Source of the DNA: Amoebidium appalachense
Taxonomy: Eukaryota; Protista; Ichthyosporea
Reading direction: 5' to 3'
Assembly: GCA_963693365.1 (NCBI GenBank)
Contig: CAVNZM010000007.1
Coordinates: 5,205,962-5,269,961, forward strand
Length of the DNA stretch: 64,000 nucleotides
Shown here: positions 1-12,319 of the stretch, one piece after another
Layout of the letters: each line of letters opens with the position of its first letter
Position numbering within the stretch: position 1 is the first letter of the stretch
Notes under the pieces: model-generated
The model's database searches: none
Told to the model about the DNA's origin: nothing
Seen by the model: only the letters and a program-made list of their open reading frames with translations
Translations under genes and position numbers: made by a program

Positions 1-175
1 TGTGTGTGTGTGTGTGGTGCATGGGTGCGTGTATGTGTGTGTGTGTGTGGTGCATGGGTGCGTGTATGTGTGTGTGTGTGTGGTGCATGGGTGCGTGTAT
101 GTGTGTGTGTGTGTGGTGCATGGGTGCGTGTATGTGTGTGTGTGTGTGGTGCATGGGTGCGTGTATGTGTGTGTG
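1..175. repeat. 33-bp intronic minisatellite, 5 copies
   Basis: GGTGCATGGGTGCGTGTATG(TG)n recurs at about 16, 49, 82, 115 and 148. Confidence 0.9.
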
Positions 176-427
176 AACGTGTATGAGGGTTGGTGCAAGA
201 AGGTCGAGCCCCCCCCAACCCCCCATTCCCCCTCTCCCTGGGAGAGACACCACCACCGCGTACCAACGACAAATAATCAAACACAACACACACACCCACA
301 GCCACACAAACACACGAACACGCACACACAGGTGTGCCCCTGCACCCGTGCACGCGCATACACACACTTAGATACAACACTCACGAACCACACAGGGAGC
401 CTCCCTCCCCCCCCCCCTCCCTCCCCA

Positions 428-459
<32 letters not shown>

Positions 460-562
460 ACCCCCCCCCCCCCCCCCCCCCCCCCTTCCCCTTTCCTCCT
501 CAACCCACCCACCCACCCACACCCACACCCACCCACACACACAAACACACACACACACACAC

Positions 563-970
563 CTTTGCCAGTATGTTCACAGGCAGGTCCAGTGCAAATA
601 CCCGTGCACAGTTTCTCAGCAGACTGCACATGGGTGCCCTTCTGCTCCTTAGGTCAAACCCCAACTGCACTAGGAGGGTGCGGCACTCGGGCTGCACGGC
701 TACGATCTGGAACATACCGATCACAACACGGCCATTCTCTACCTCCGCTGTATGTGTGTGTGTGTGGATGTGTGTGTGTGAGGCGGAGGGGTAGGGTGGG
801 GTTGGGGGGTGGGGGGGGGGGGCGGGTGGGTTGGAGAGTTGTTAGTGGGGGGGGGGGGGGAGGGGGGAAGGGGGGAGAGTTGGAAAGGTGTTTGGGGGGG
901 GGGGGGGTGGGGGGGTGGGACGGGGGGTGGGACGGGGGTGGGGATGGATGGATGGGTGGGTGGAAGGGGG

Positions 971-1059
<89 letters not shown>

Positions 1060-1432
1060 TGTGTATTTGTGTGCAGCCGTGTGTGTGTGTATTTGTTTTG
1101 CGACTGGGGGGGGGGGGGGGGGGGGGGGGGGGAGGGGGGGGGGTGTTTGTGCGCGTGTGTTTGTGTGTGTGCGCGCGCGTGTGTATGTTTTGCGACTGGG
1201 GGGAGGGGAGGGGAGGGCAGAGGAGTCAACATCCGGTAGATATACAAAATGCGAAGTGATACGGCAACACAAAAGAAGAGACTCTCCCTGACGCTGTACA
1301 AAAACCAACATACAAAAAAACATGCAGCAGAAGCAGAGATCCCACCACATGTGACCCGATTCAGTCATAATACGAGCATTATGACCTATTCCCTGGATGT
1401 TGAGGAACGTGGGAGAAGGGGGGAATGGTGGG

Positions 1433-1474
<42 letters not shown>

Positions 1475-1993
1475 GGGAGTGGGGGTGGGGGGGGGGGGGG
1501 GGGGGGGTGGGGGGGGGGGGGGAAGGGGAGGGTAGAATGTGTAATAGAGTATGAAGAACACAACAATAATGGACAACACAATGCAGAGTGTAAACCACGG
1601 GAGGAGGCAGGGGGGCCCCGGGGGGAGGGGGGGCAGGGGGAGGGGGGAGGGGGGAGGGTGGGAGGGTGTAGAGCATGTTACACGGCACAGATACAAAGCT
1701 ACACAACAAAACAAAGGCTTGATACGGTGCTGAATATCAACAGCATGCGACAAAAGAGCACACTTTTAGTACTAAGGGATATGCCACATAAATCTAGGGC
1801 AGGATAAGCTGCATAACTCCGGGTGGAAATATCCCACACAATACGGGGATGGTTGCCACATACATCAATTTTGGTGATCATGCAACAAAAAGTTCCTGGA
1901 TATGCCACAGATATCTGGGCCGGATATGCCACAAAAATATATCTGGGCAAGATATGCCACAGTTATCTGGGCTGGACTTGCCACACACACACA

Positions 1994-2060
<67 letters not shown>

Positions 2061-2117
2061 TCGAGCTGGATTGGGCCGGATATGCCACCGCGCGCGCGCA
2101 CACACACACACGCACAC

Positions 2118-2157
<40 letters not shown>

Positions 2158-3463
2158 CTGGGCTAGATATGCCAAAATTATCTGGGCTGGATATGCCCAC
2201 CCTTCCCCCCTCCCCCTCCACCCCCCCTGCCTGTCCCCCCCCCCCAAAAAAAAAGCCCCATACCATCCGAGGGCAGTCTTGGGTTCGCAGCATCCACCCA
2301 AGCCTTCAGCCTAGCCTCCAGCTGGCCCATGTGGGGTAGGTCCCTGGTCTCTTCTAGGCTGTGCTCTAGGTCCGACCGCTGCTGTGCACTGGAGAGGTTT
2401 TATTATTATTATAATTATTATTTAATTATTTATTTTTGTTGTTGTCGTTATTATTATTATTATTAGGAATTATTATTGTTATTTTTATTATTATTATTAT
2501 TGAAGGGTGGGGGGAGGGGGTGGGGGGGGGGGGGGGGGGAGGGGGGTGAAACTTATCCAGGAGAAAAAATGACGGGTGGGGTTGGAAGCGGGGGGGGGGG
2601 GGGGGGGGGGGTTGGGGGGGGGGTGAGGGGGGGGGGGGGGGATAAATGGCAGAAGGACATGCATGTTGTGAGAGAACCTCTTCAACTGAGATAGATGCAT
2701 CACACACGCACGACATTGCACAGCACACGCCTGCATAGACGCACAAATACACGTGTGGACAAGCGCGCATACCTGTGCAAATACACACACCTGTATGTGC
2801 GCGCACACACACCTAGCACACATACAAAAACACACACATGCACATACGCACACCGTGCGCACGGCCATACACACATGGATACACACACATACACACACAC
2901 CACAAGCACCAACGATCTCCACCTGCCCTTCCCCCTCTCCCAACCAACACAAAACCCATCTGATTCACCTACCACCTACCCACACAGCCCCCCCCCCCCC
3001 CCCCCCTCCCCTCCCCCCCCCTCCCCCCGACCCTCCGCCCGCCCCCTCCCCTCCGTCTCCCCCTCCCCCCTCCCCCCCCCCCCTCCCCCCGTGACATGTT
3101 CGCACCACACACACGCACAGGCACACACACACTCCTACAACCCCCTTCCCCTTGCTCCCTAACACACACACACACACACGCATACACACACACACATACC
3201 CTTCACCGCTTGTCCCCGTGTGTTATACAAACATTCACACACACACCTACACAACTAGACCTTCCCCCTCCCCCCCCCCCCCCCCCCCCCCCCCCCCCTT
3301 CCCTCCCCCCTGACACATACACACATCCACACCCACACCCACACAGACCCACCCCTCCCCTCTCCCCCTCCCTCCCCACCACCAGACCCATATACACATG
3401 TGCACGCAAACACACACACACACACACAACACACCCAGACAGACAGACACAAACACCGAAACA

Positions 3464-3547
<84 letters not shown>

Positions 3548-4617
3548 CACACGCGCACACGCACACACGCACACACACCCACACACCACACACTTACACC
3601 CATCCCTTCCCCTCCCCCCTCCCCTCCCCTCCCCACACACACACACCAACACCCAACCCCTCCGCCCGCCTCCCCCTCCGCACCCCCTACCCACACCTAC
3701 AACCCCCAACCCTTCCCCCCCCCCCCCTCCCTCCCCCCCCCCCCCCCCCCCCCTCTCCGCCCCACACACACACACACCTACCCCCCCCCCCCACGCCCTT
3801 TCCCCCCTCTCCCCCCTCCCCCCCCTCCCCCCCCCCTCCCCCCCCCCCCCACCCACACACCAACACACACCCACCTCAGCACCAGCAGCATGTCCCGTGC
3901 ATCCAGCCATGCCACCAGCTCACTCAGTGCCGTGTGCATCAGCCGCCGCTCACCGTCGCTAAGCTCCCCCTGTACATAAATAGGCAACAGAGGAAATTTA
4001 GGAAATTTCAATCCGTGATCTCTCCAATTACTGATAATCGGATATAGGAACGGGGATGGGTGCATTGTGTATATAGATATATACGCCCAGGGGATGACGG
4101 GGGAATGCATTTGCGGGAAAATGTGTTTGTAGGTGCTTTGAAGGCATGGGACATAATACACAACCACCACTACCGGTGTGATAAGCATAGGAATGGCAAA
4201 AGTTTTTTCTCTTACCCTTTCCCGCTTCCCCTTCACCCCCTTCCCCCCCCCCCTCCCCGGCCCTCCCTTCACTCCCTCCACCCCCTCCCCCCCACCGAGA
4301 GGGGTTGAAAGGGGGCTGGGGGGCACGGATCTTGCACATGTGGTCACGATATAGGGAGAGGCACGTACGCAGTTACACACGTACAAAGAGACATTGCATA
4401 CGCGCACACCATACTGTTAAGTTGTTCCACGTAAACCTTGCCCCTCCCTCCCCTCGCCTCCCCCCCCCCCCCCCCCCCCCCCCCCCAAACACACACACAC
4501 ACACAGCCTCTTCAACCACCCCTCTCCTCCCTCCCACTTCTCCCCCCACTCCCCCCTTTCCCCCCTCTCCCCCCCTCCCCCCCCCCCCCACACACACACA
4601 CATACCTCACCTCTCCC

Positions 4618-4650
<33 letters not shown>

Positions 4651-5435
4651 CGCCTTCCCCCCCACCCTCCGGTTCCATCCACCAAGATATGTTAATAATT
4701 TATGCGCACACATGGGATCTTCCGGAGAACAGAAGTTTGACTTCAGGTGGAGAGACACATACAGGAGCCCTGTTTTCTGTGTTTCCGTGTTCATGTGAAT
4801 TGTGGTTGGTTTGTGCATTTGTGCATTTGTGTACGAATGTGTGCTGATTATTTTATATGCATTTGTGTGCACCGGCAACGTAAATGTGTACTCTGTTTGC
4901 ATGTGTGTTTAAAAGGGGGGGGGGGGGGGGGGGGGAAGGGGGCGGGGGGGAGGGGGGGGAGGAGGAGGGGGAGGTGAGAAGGAGGGGGGGAGGGGGGGGG
5001 GGGAGGGGGGGAGAAAGAAGGAAGGGAGATGGTGCTATGCTGTGTGTGTTTGCTTTTGTGTTCTGCATGTTTTTCTATTTATTCGTCTATTTGTCACAAA
5101 TTTGGGGACGGGAGGCAGAGGTAATCCGTGCATTCTGATGTTCCAAGAAGTACAGAAGCAAAACAAGAGGTTGTGCGAGCATGTGTGTGTGTGTGTGTGT
5201 GTGTATGTGTGTGTGTATGTGTGTGTGTATGTGTGTGTGTATGTGTGTGTGTGCGCGCGCGGGCGCGTATTCAACTGTGTACGTGTGAATGCATGCCACA
5301 CCTGCACATGTACCTATATGTGTGCATGTGTGTGTTGTTTACTTAGTCACACACACAAACCACCTGGCAACACACCAACACACACCCCACAGCCTTTTTT
5401 CCACCAAGCATCCGCGACCCGATCCGCCTACTCTT

Positions 5436-5504
<69 letters not shown>

Positions 5505-5511
5505 CACACAT

Positions 5512-5600
<89 letters not shown>

Positions 5601-6425
5601 ACACACACACACATGCACACACACACATGCACGACACCCATATTCATACCTGAAAGATGTAGAAGGGCAGGAACTGGTCGACCATCAGCTGGGGCAGCAG
5701 GGCAGGGCCATACAGGTCCACAAACAGTGGCCCACTGTTGCTGCTTGGCTTCTCCTCGTCAACATACAGCCAGCCGGACTATTTCACGAAATCAGAAATC
5801 GTATAGTGGGGGATGGAGGGGGGACGTATAGTGGGGGATGGAGGGGGGAGGGAGGAAAGGGAGGGCGGGGGGAGGTGGAAGGGGGTGGCAGGGGGGGAGG
5901 GGGAGGGGGAGGAGGGGGGGAGAAGGGAAGGAGGGGGATGGGGGAGAGAGGGGGAGGGTAGGGAAAATGAGGGTAGAAGGTGTTGCAGGGGGAGGGGGGG
6001 GGGATTAGAAGGGGAGGGAGGATGGACGACGAGGGGAAAGGAGGGAAAATGAAGATTCGTCAGATAGGAACAAGGGTTGTTAAATCATGGAGATGATGAG
6101 GGTCTGATGTGGATTTTGTCACGTGATGGGGTTCATAAGACGCGGATGCGGCACACGGATGCCCACACACTCACACAGGGAGTAGTGTTGTGGGTGTGGG
6201 GTGGGTGTGTGTGTGTGGGGGGGGGGGGGGGGGGGGGGGGAGGGCACGTGTGCCTGCATGCACACATGCACACTCATGCCTGCACACACACACACACACA
6301 CACACACAGCCACACGGAGACGTACACTCGGACAGACAAACACGCCACGCGCGCACGGAGACACACACACACACATATACACACAGCTTCACACGTGGAA
6401 CACACCTGTGGTGCACACACAAACA

Positions 6426-6464
<39 letters not shown>

Positions 6465-6604
6465 GTAACGCCTGCACCCCTCAACCCACCCCAATCACTC
6501 AGTCACCCCGTGTCTACCGGACCTTTGAAACTCCATTATGCCTCTGCGAGACTCGTGCTTTTACCACACTCATTCGTCTCTGTTGTATGAATGAAACAGT
6601 GCAA

Positions 6605-6642
<38 letters not shown>

Positions 6643-7332
6643 CCCGACAACCCCTAACGCTCTCCCACACCCGCACATCCACATTGAACTAGCGTACCGT
6701 TCAAACCCCAATAAAAGCCATGCCCCTTCTCCACCCTCCCCTCACCCTCGAGATCGCTCCCGGATCCGCCCGAAAACCCCCCCCCAAAAAAGCAGCATTG
6801 TATAACAAATATTCATGTTAGAATTATAAAACTCAAATATTTAGTTTAAAACGCACGACGACCTCACCTCGTTTGCGCAATCCTGCAGCCTCTTCATTAT
6901 TGTCTCTCTGGCAGCATAGTCCTCATCGGATACGGTCGGTTTTAACCTCTGCAGGTGGCGGGATATACACCTAGATATACTGTTTGGGGCAAGGGGGGGT
7001 GAAAGGTATTAATATCATGAAGATATACGAACGTAGTCAGTAAATCCTGTATTTGGTTTAGCATCTGCGCAAGGGAGGGGAGAGACGGGGCATACACTTG
7101 GATAGGCTGTGTGTGTGGGAGGGAGTGAACCACGCAGTTGTCATGGAGAGTATATAGTGCAGTCATGGTCAGGTTGAGTTTTTGGGAACTAATCAACATA
7201 GTTTTAGAGTCTGCACAGGGGAAAAGACATGCATCTGCAAAGTCCGCAGCAACACGTAACATGGTAACAACAAAACAGTCAAGTAGGCGATGACGATCAG
7301 GAAAAACAGAAAAAAAGGAAGATCCCCAGATC

Positions 7333-7366
<34 letters not shown>

Positions 7367-7711
7367 GCCACACCAACACCAACAAGACACACATGTACAT
7401 TGCAAACCTGCGCACACACACACGTGTCCTTCACCAAACCTTCCATCCACCTTCTTTCCTCACGGAACTAAATCGCCTCCCTTCAACATTCCACAGCGCC
7501 TTTCAACTCCTCCCCTCTTCCCCATCACATTTCCCTGCTTTTCCCATTCGTTGCCAAACCAAAAAAAGTGCTCCGTCCACCTAACAGCATCCCTTTCCTT
7601 TCCCCTCCACGATGAAATTTTTTCCCCCAGTGACCCCAGCCTTCCTCCCCCCCCCCCCCCCCCCCCCCCCCACCACCACCACCACCACCACCACGACCAC
7701 CACCACCCGTC

Positions 7712-7755
<44 letters not shown>

Positions 7756-8538
7756 TTATTCCCACTCCCCATCATTTCCCCAGGGCGCAAGGTTGAACGA
7801 AAACAAAACAAAACAAAACAAAACAAAAAAACAAAAAAAATAATCTTAGTGCTAGTTGTATCCCTGCTATGGGAGTCATTTGAGTTGGCTCACTACATGA
7901 CCGAGCACCTAACAGACTGTCACCATGTGCGAGATAAATACATCAAGCAATAATCCGAACTGTTCGGGGTTTGGCAGATTTGTATATTCTCAAAATGACA
8001 CCACAATATCTGACTAGTAAACAGCACATCCCCCCCGCCAAAATAAATAAATAAATAAATAAATAAATAACTTGAAATAAAAACCCTCCCCCCCCCCCCC
8101 CCCCCCCCCCCCCCCGACTTTCCCCATATGCCAATCGATCAATTTCTCTTCATTGCAGGTGCTGATTTAGATCAGAACTTGACGAAAAACACACGAACAG
8201 GCGAAGTATAGACTGTAGCCAGAGGTGGTAGTCACCCTAACGCCGCAGAGCGGATACACCGGAGCAGGAGTAAATATGTGAGTATCAATGTGAATGTGCA
8301 CCAATGACAAGCATGTGTGCACGCAATGGGTAACTGCAAAGGCAAGTAGACACAACAAGTGCGTGGGTGCATGCACACCGGATCACGCCTGCACCACGTC
8401 CGCACACTCACGAACCTGCACTCCCATATCCACACTCACCTACCTACGCACGCACACGATAAACAGGCACGTGCACCCGCACACAAGCACGCACACACAC
8501 ACACACATACACACACACAAAGATGAGCACACACACCA

Positions 8539-8612
<74 letters not shown>

Positions 8613-9495
8613 ACACACCATCTCTGTGTTGCCTTCCCCACAGGAAGTAGCGCTGTCTGCCTCTCACTCATCTGCCTGCATGCCTCGCGATGATTCGGCC
8701 AGTCCGCAACCTGGTGGTCCTTGTTGCAATAGCGCACACTGCGGCAGGCCGTGCACAGAAGGAGGTCGCCAGCTACTCGTTTGCAGTGTGCGCACTGCTT
8801 GGCTACCACCTCGAACGAATGTGCCTGGTGAAGGGGGGGGGGGGGGGGGGGGGGGGGGAGGTGGGGGGGGGGAAGAGAAAGAAAGAGAGACAGAATAAGC
8901 GAACAAGAATTTTACCGCACCAACCGGTGAATGTTATATTGCACCAAGATATATCGTTGTGCCCGGAGCAGAGAAACGGAAAAGCCATGCGAACAAGAAG
9001 CATCACGAAGTTAAGTTTTACACAACATGCTGCAACGATCATCAAAATTCCTTGGTGAGTGGGCTATGGCTTAATTCAATACATCTGCAAGCCACGGTGG
9101 TGAAATTGGGGCGCACAGCTGCTCATGGGTGGATTGGGTGGATGCATCAAATGGTGTAAACAGCTTCGGTGTCCAGCAAGCTGCCACCACCACAAGGAAA
9201 GATCCACCTGGATTACTTCGTAAACTCTCAAGATCCTTAATAGCAAACGAAATCTTGGGACTAGCCGGCTTTTGGACCCCACCTCTTCCTTTGTCTTGTT
9301 GAAGCTGGCAAATAGCGACTGTGGATCTATGGCCCCGTGCAGCCCTTCCCTCTGTGCATGTTTGATTATCTCTTCGTATGCCACTCTCTCTGCCTCAAGA
9401 CCAGCTATTAGCTTCTCCTTATCCTCTGCGCTTGGCTCTTCCGTGTGTGGTCTCGGTCGACGGAACTTCTTGTGGTGTGCTTGCTTGGTCTTCAT
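563..9495 (-). CDS. MYND-type zinc-finger protein, multi-exon, 3'-partial (continues beyond the left edge)
   Basis: Exon 8824-8619 encodes [33 protein letters not shown], a canonical zf-MYND. Downstream GT-AG exons are phase-compatible: 6948-6868 ([15 protein letters not shown]..), 5778-5650, 3969-3875, 2388-2264, 747-563. A likely first exon is 9495-9217 ([14 protein letters not shown], donor GTAATC). The first exon and any small exons between 8619 and 6948 are uncertain. Confidence 0.7.
1776..2199. repeat. Degenerate short tandem repeat (GATATGCCAC...ATCTGGGC) interrupted by (CA)n
   Basis: About 8 copies of the GATATGCCA/ATCTGGGCTG motifs within an intron of the MYND gene. Confidence 0.7.
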
Positions 9496-9836
9496 CTTCG
9501 ACGAACTTCAATAGCCGTTTTGGATCCGAAAGGACTCAGTGGACGACGAAACCAAAAAAAAATACGAAAATGGGTAACGCCTCTACCTAGTTACAAAAAA
9601 CACCAAGACCTGCCCCTGAAACCTCTTAGAAAAAGAAATATATAGACACACAATTGAGAACTGAAAACTGAATGTTACTCGTGTAGGCAACTTATGATGT
9701 TCAATTCATGTTGTTCACCGTTAGCAGAACATAAACATGCTACGCCAGGTCAGTAACAGGTCCTCTTGTGGCCCCGTTTTAACGAAAGGTAGCCCTACGT
9801 GAAAGTTTGTGTAAGTTGTAACCTTTTGGTGAGTCG

Positions 9837-9915
9837 TGACGTCACAACGACAGATAGTGGTGCACGGGTTGCCAATCAGATGCCCGATAGGCTTTTGGAA
9901 TTTGGAGCTATATAT
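9837..9915 (+). promoter_or_regulatory. Candidate promoter of the snoRNA host transcript, divergent from the MYND gene
   Basis: Palindromic CRE TGACGTCA at 9837-9844, CCAAT at 9872-9876 and TATATAT at 9909-9915, followed by a pyrimidine-rich putative start region and a CAG|GTATCT donor at 10015. Confidence 0.45.
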
Positions 9916-10344
9916 CGTGCCGAGTTTTGTTTTTTCGCAGTGTTTTTTCGTTGTTGTTTTTTCGCGACCGATGAAGTTTTACGTTGTCACATTGTACAGT
10001 TTTAAAGCGCACAGGTATCTTAATTTTTGGTCCAGCAAGCCTATTCATGCGCACATTTTTTCTTTCTTTTGACCTTCACATCTTGCACTCACGGTCATCT
10101 CTTTGTATGCATGTCCACTCGTTGCAACATTCACACACATATCTCATAGGTTATGCCACACGTGCACATACAGATTAACACCAAAAACGCACACATGAGT
10201 ACACAAACGCAGAGGCAGACTTCCACAAACACACCGTCACACACACGTGTGGCACACTAACGATGGTCACACACCCACATCTCCGACACGACGGTTACCC
10301 CACGAGGTAATAGTGACAAAGTGCAAACCATTTTCTTTTCGCCC

Positions 10345-10527
10345 ATTACTATGATCTGTTCTGATGTGCGTAGTGTACACGTCCCCCATGTGCGTGCACC
10401 CGACAAACACGCTTTCTCGCATTTGCGCCTGCGCGATTACTATGATCTATTCTGATGTGCGTACGTGTACACGTCCCCCATGTGCGTGCACCCGACAAAC
10501 ACGCTTGCTCGCATTTGCGCCTGCGCC
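10345..10527. repeat. Direct tandem duplication, ~91-bp unit x2
   Basis: ATTACTATGATCT.TTCTGATGTGCGTA..GTGTACACGTCCCCCATGTGCGTGCACCCGACAAACACGCTT..CTCGCATTTGCGCCTGCGC occurs twice, nearly identical. Confidence 0.9.
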
Positions 10528-10757
10528 TGCACGAAACCTGCACAGAGCACTCAAGTACATATGTGCGGGCGGACGCTTCATGCAACCGCACACATGCACC
10601 GCAACCAGACACAATCGGCCGCGGACAGGCCTGAAAGGGAGACCCGTAAGGGCACGCGTACACATGTGATCAGTCATATCCGCAAGTTCGCTTCTGCTTT
10701 AGAGATGTGGTAAACTTCGGGCCCCTGAAAAAAAAACGGTTACTTCAAAATAACTGT

Positions 10758-11054
10758 GCTTGCGCTCACTTCTCCGTAGCTGTTTCACGTAGCCGATGGG
10801 AGGGAACTTCCATCCAGGTTGGATCCAATCGCCGCTGAAACGGCAAGTTGCCGAAGGCATTTCAGTGTTGTTTATGAATCGACGTAAGTATACGAGTGTG
10901 GCCTTGTGAATCAACTTGCATTGCAGGCTTGTGTGTAAGCTGCAGGCTTGTACAACCCAGCAGTGCCAGCCAAGGCCTCCTGAATTAGGAGGCCTTGGTG
11001 CTTGGTGCCAGCTGGTGCCAACACAACACGGAGTTGCCATGGGCCACAACAAAG
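10758..11054 (+). ncRNA. Large (~300 nt) box H/ACA snoRNA-like RNA with multibranched hairpins
   Basis: 5' stem GCTTGCG(C)TC 10758-10767 pairs with GACGTAAGT 10881-10889. H box ATACGA at 10890-10895. 3' stem GTGGCCT pairs with GGGCCAC (11041-11047). ACA at 11049-11051 plus 3 nt. The 3' pocket (TTGTGAAT / CCA) matches SSU rRNA UGG-U-G-AUUCAUAA. Confidence 0.65.
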
Positions 11055-11623
11055 TGCACACTGCACAGGTGACAGCCGTTCAAGGCTTTGCCGCGACTGA
11101 GATCTAATGCTCCTGCCAGTGATCTAGATGCATACCATATATAGTTATTCTTGATCTACCAGGTATCCAATCAACCTGAAGATAACATTGCGCAAACACC
11201 CACGTGTTCTCCGGGTGCAAAAAGGGACTGCGTCGACAACAGGCCTTCACTTTTTTCTCCAAGGTGCGAAAATTACTCAGTACCCCAGCCCTTCTCCCTT
11301 CCGCCCTCCCCCTTCCTCCCCTCCTCCCACGCCCCCCTCCCCCTCCCACGCCTCCCCCTCCTCCTCCCCCTCCCCTGCTCTCCCACCTCCTATTCCCAAC
11401 TGCTTCCTTCCCCCCCTCCCCCCTCTCCTCCCCTCTCCCAGCACTACCTGCACATGTTTTTGTGCCGTTTTTGCCAAAAAAGTGAAGCAAACGCTTCTTG
11501 AATCACCTCGCCGTTTTTTGCGCACACCTGTCATCATGTCCTGTTGTAGTCCTAACAGTGAGTCAGTTCATTCTGTTTTGGTAATCAGTAACACAGCGTT
11601 TGTTACGTATATTTTAAAACAGT

Positions 11624-11702
11624 GAAACCCAGTGATGAACCTTGTCTTGCCGGAAAAAAACCATGTCGGCAAAAATACTGATTTAATGAGCCTGAGGGTT
11701 TC
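11624..11702 (+). ncRNA. SNORD57: Box C/D snoRNA guiding SSU rRNA Am100 (yeast numbering; human Am99), SNORD57/snR51-like
   Basis: Terminal stem GAAACCC/GGGTTTC. Box C GTGATGA at 11632-11638, box D CTGA at 11692-11695. The 15-nt guide ACTGATTTAATGAGC is exactly complementary to 18S GCUCAUUAAAUCAGU, and the D+5 rule selects A100. It lies in intron 11558-11776. Confidence 0.9.
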
Positions 11703-12191
11703 CAAGAAAGCCGGAGGTCTTTGCAGAGCCCGATCAGGTTCACCTTTCTAACTGTACTTTTTTCTCTTTTTCACAGGACCGACTCGCCATTTTAAGACTT
11801 TTTCTCTTTCAGGGAGGCAACGGCGCAATAAACGTGCTCCTCTTTTCAAGACCCTTTTGTGTTGTGTCCGAACGTGTTCCGTTCTTGTAGTGTGAATTTA
11901 CTGGATGAGCGTCGTTCCCTGTCCCACCACTTCTGTAATGGGCTGTCCACACAGGTCCCCTCCCTTCCTCACTTCCCCTCTACCCCCTTTACATCGGTTC
12001 GCTTGGTTGTTTCGAGCTTTCTATTAATGTGGCTGTCTTGTTTGCTTAGACGGGCCTGGCTTTTGCGTGTTTGCACCCTGCTATCCCTCGTTCATCACTC
12101 TTTTCGTACTACTACTACTTATCTACTTGTATTGACCCCGCCCCTCCATCCCCCCCTCCCCATTTTTTTTCTTTTTTGTTTTTTGTTTTAC

Positions 12192-12319
12192 GGCAGAGTC
12201 CAGCAGCTGGCGGCGCACATGCCAACCAGCTTCCTGTCAAACTCTGCCAGAGAAAAGCTCAACTAGTTTGACATGCCACCCCGTTATATGGGGTGCTGTG
12301 ATAGAGGTTGGCAACAGAT
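12192..12319 (+). ncRNA. SNORA9: Box H/ACA snoRNA, SNORA9 (ACA9)-like double guide for LSU rRNA pseudouridines
   Basis: Hairpin 1: GGCAGAGT/ACTCTGCC, with pocket CCAGC+TCCTG pairing CAGGA-U-A-GCUGG (yeast Psi966). H box AGAGAA at 12249-12254. Hairpin 2: pocket AGTTTGA+ATAG pairing CUAU-U-C-UCAAACU (yeast Psi1042). ACA at 12314-12316. Confidence 0.85.

Noticed and set aside
5650-6948. MYND-gene exons resembling the start of a Cid1/TUTase nucleotidyltransferase domain
   Set aside because: The expected GS...DxD catalytic motif is absent (YGPALLPQ instead).
10660-10730. Possible additional C/D snoRNA (GTGATCA...CTGA)
   Set aside because: Non-consensus box C, no terminal stem and no convincing rRNA complement.
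10758-11054. Identification of the large H/ACA RNA as telomerase RNA or U17/snR30
   Set aside because: No CUAACCCU-type template and no AUAUUCCUA/AAACCAU motifs.
11902-11956. Stem followed by ACA within the snoRNA cluster
   Set aside because: No upper stem, pocket or H box; more likely an exon end (ACAG|GT).
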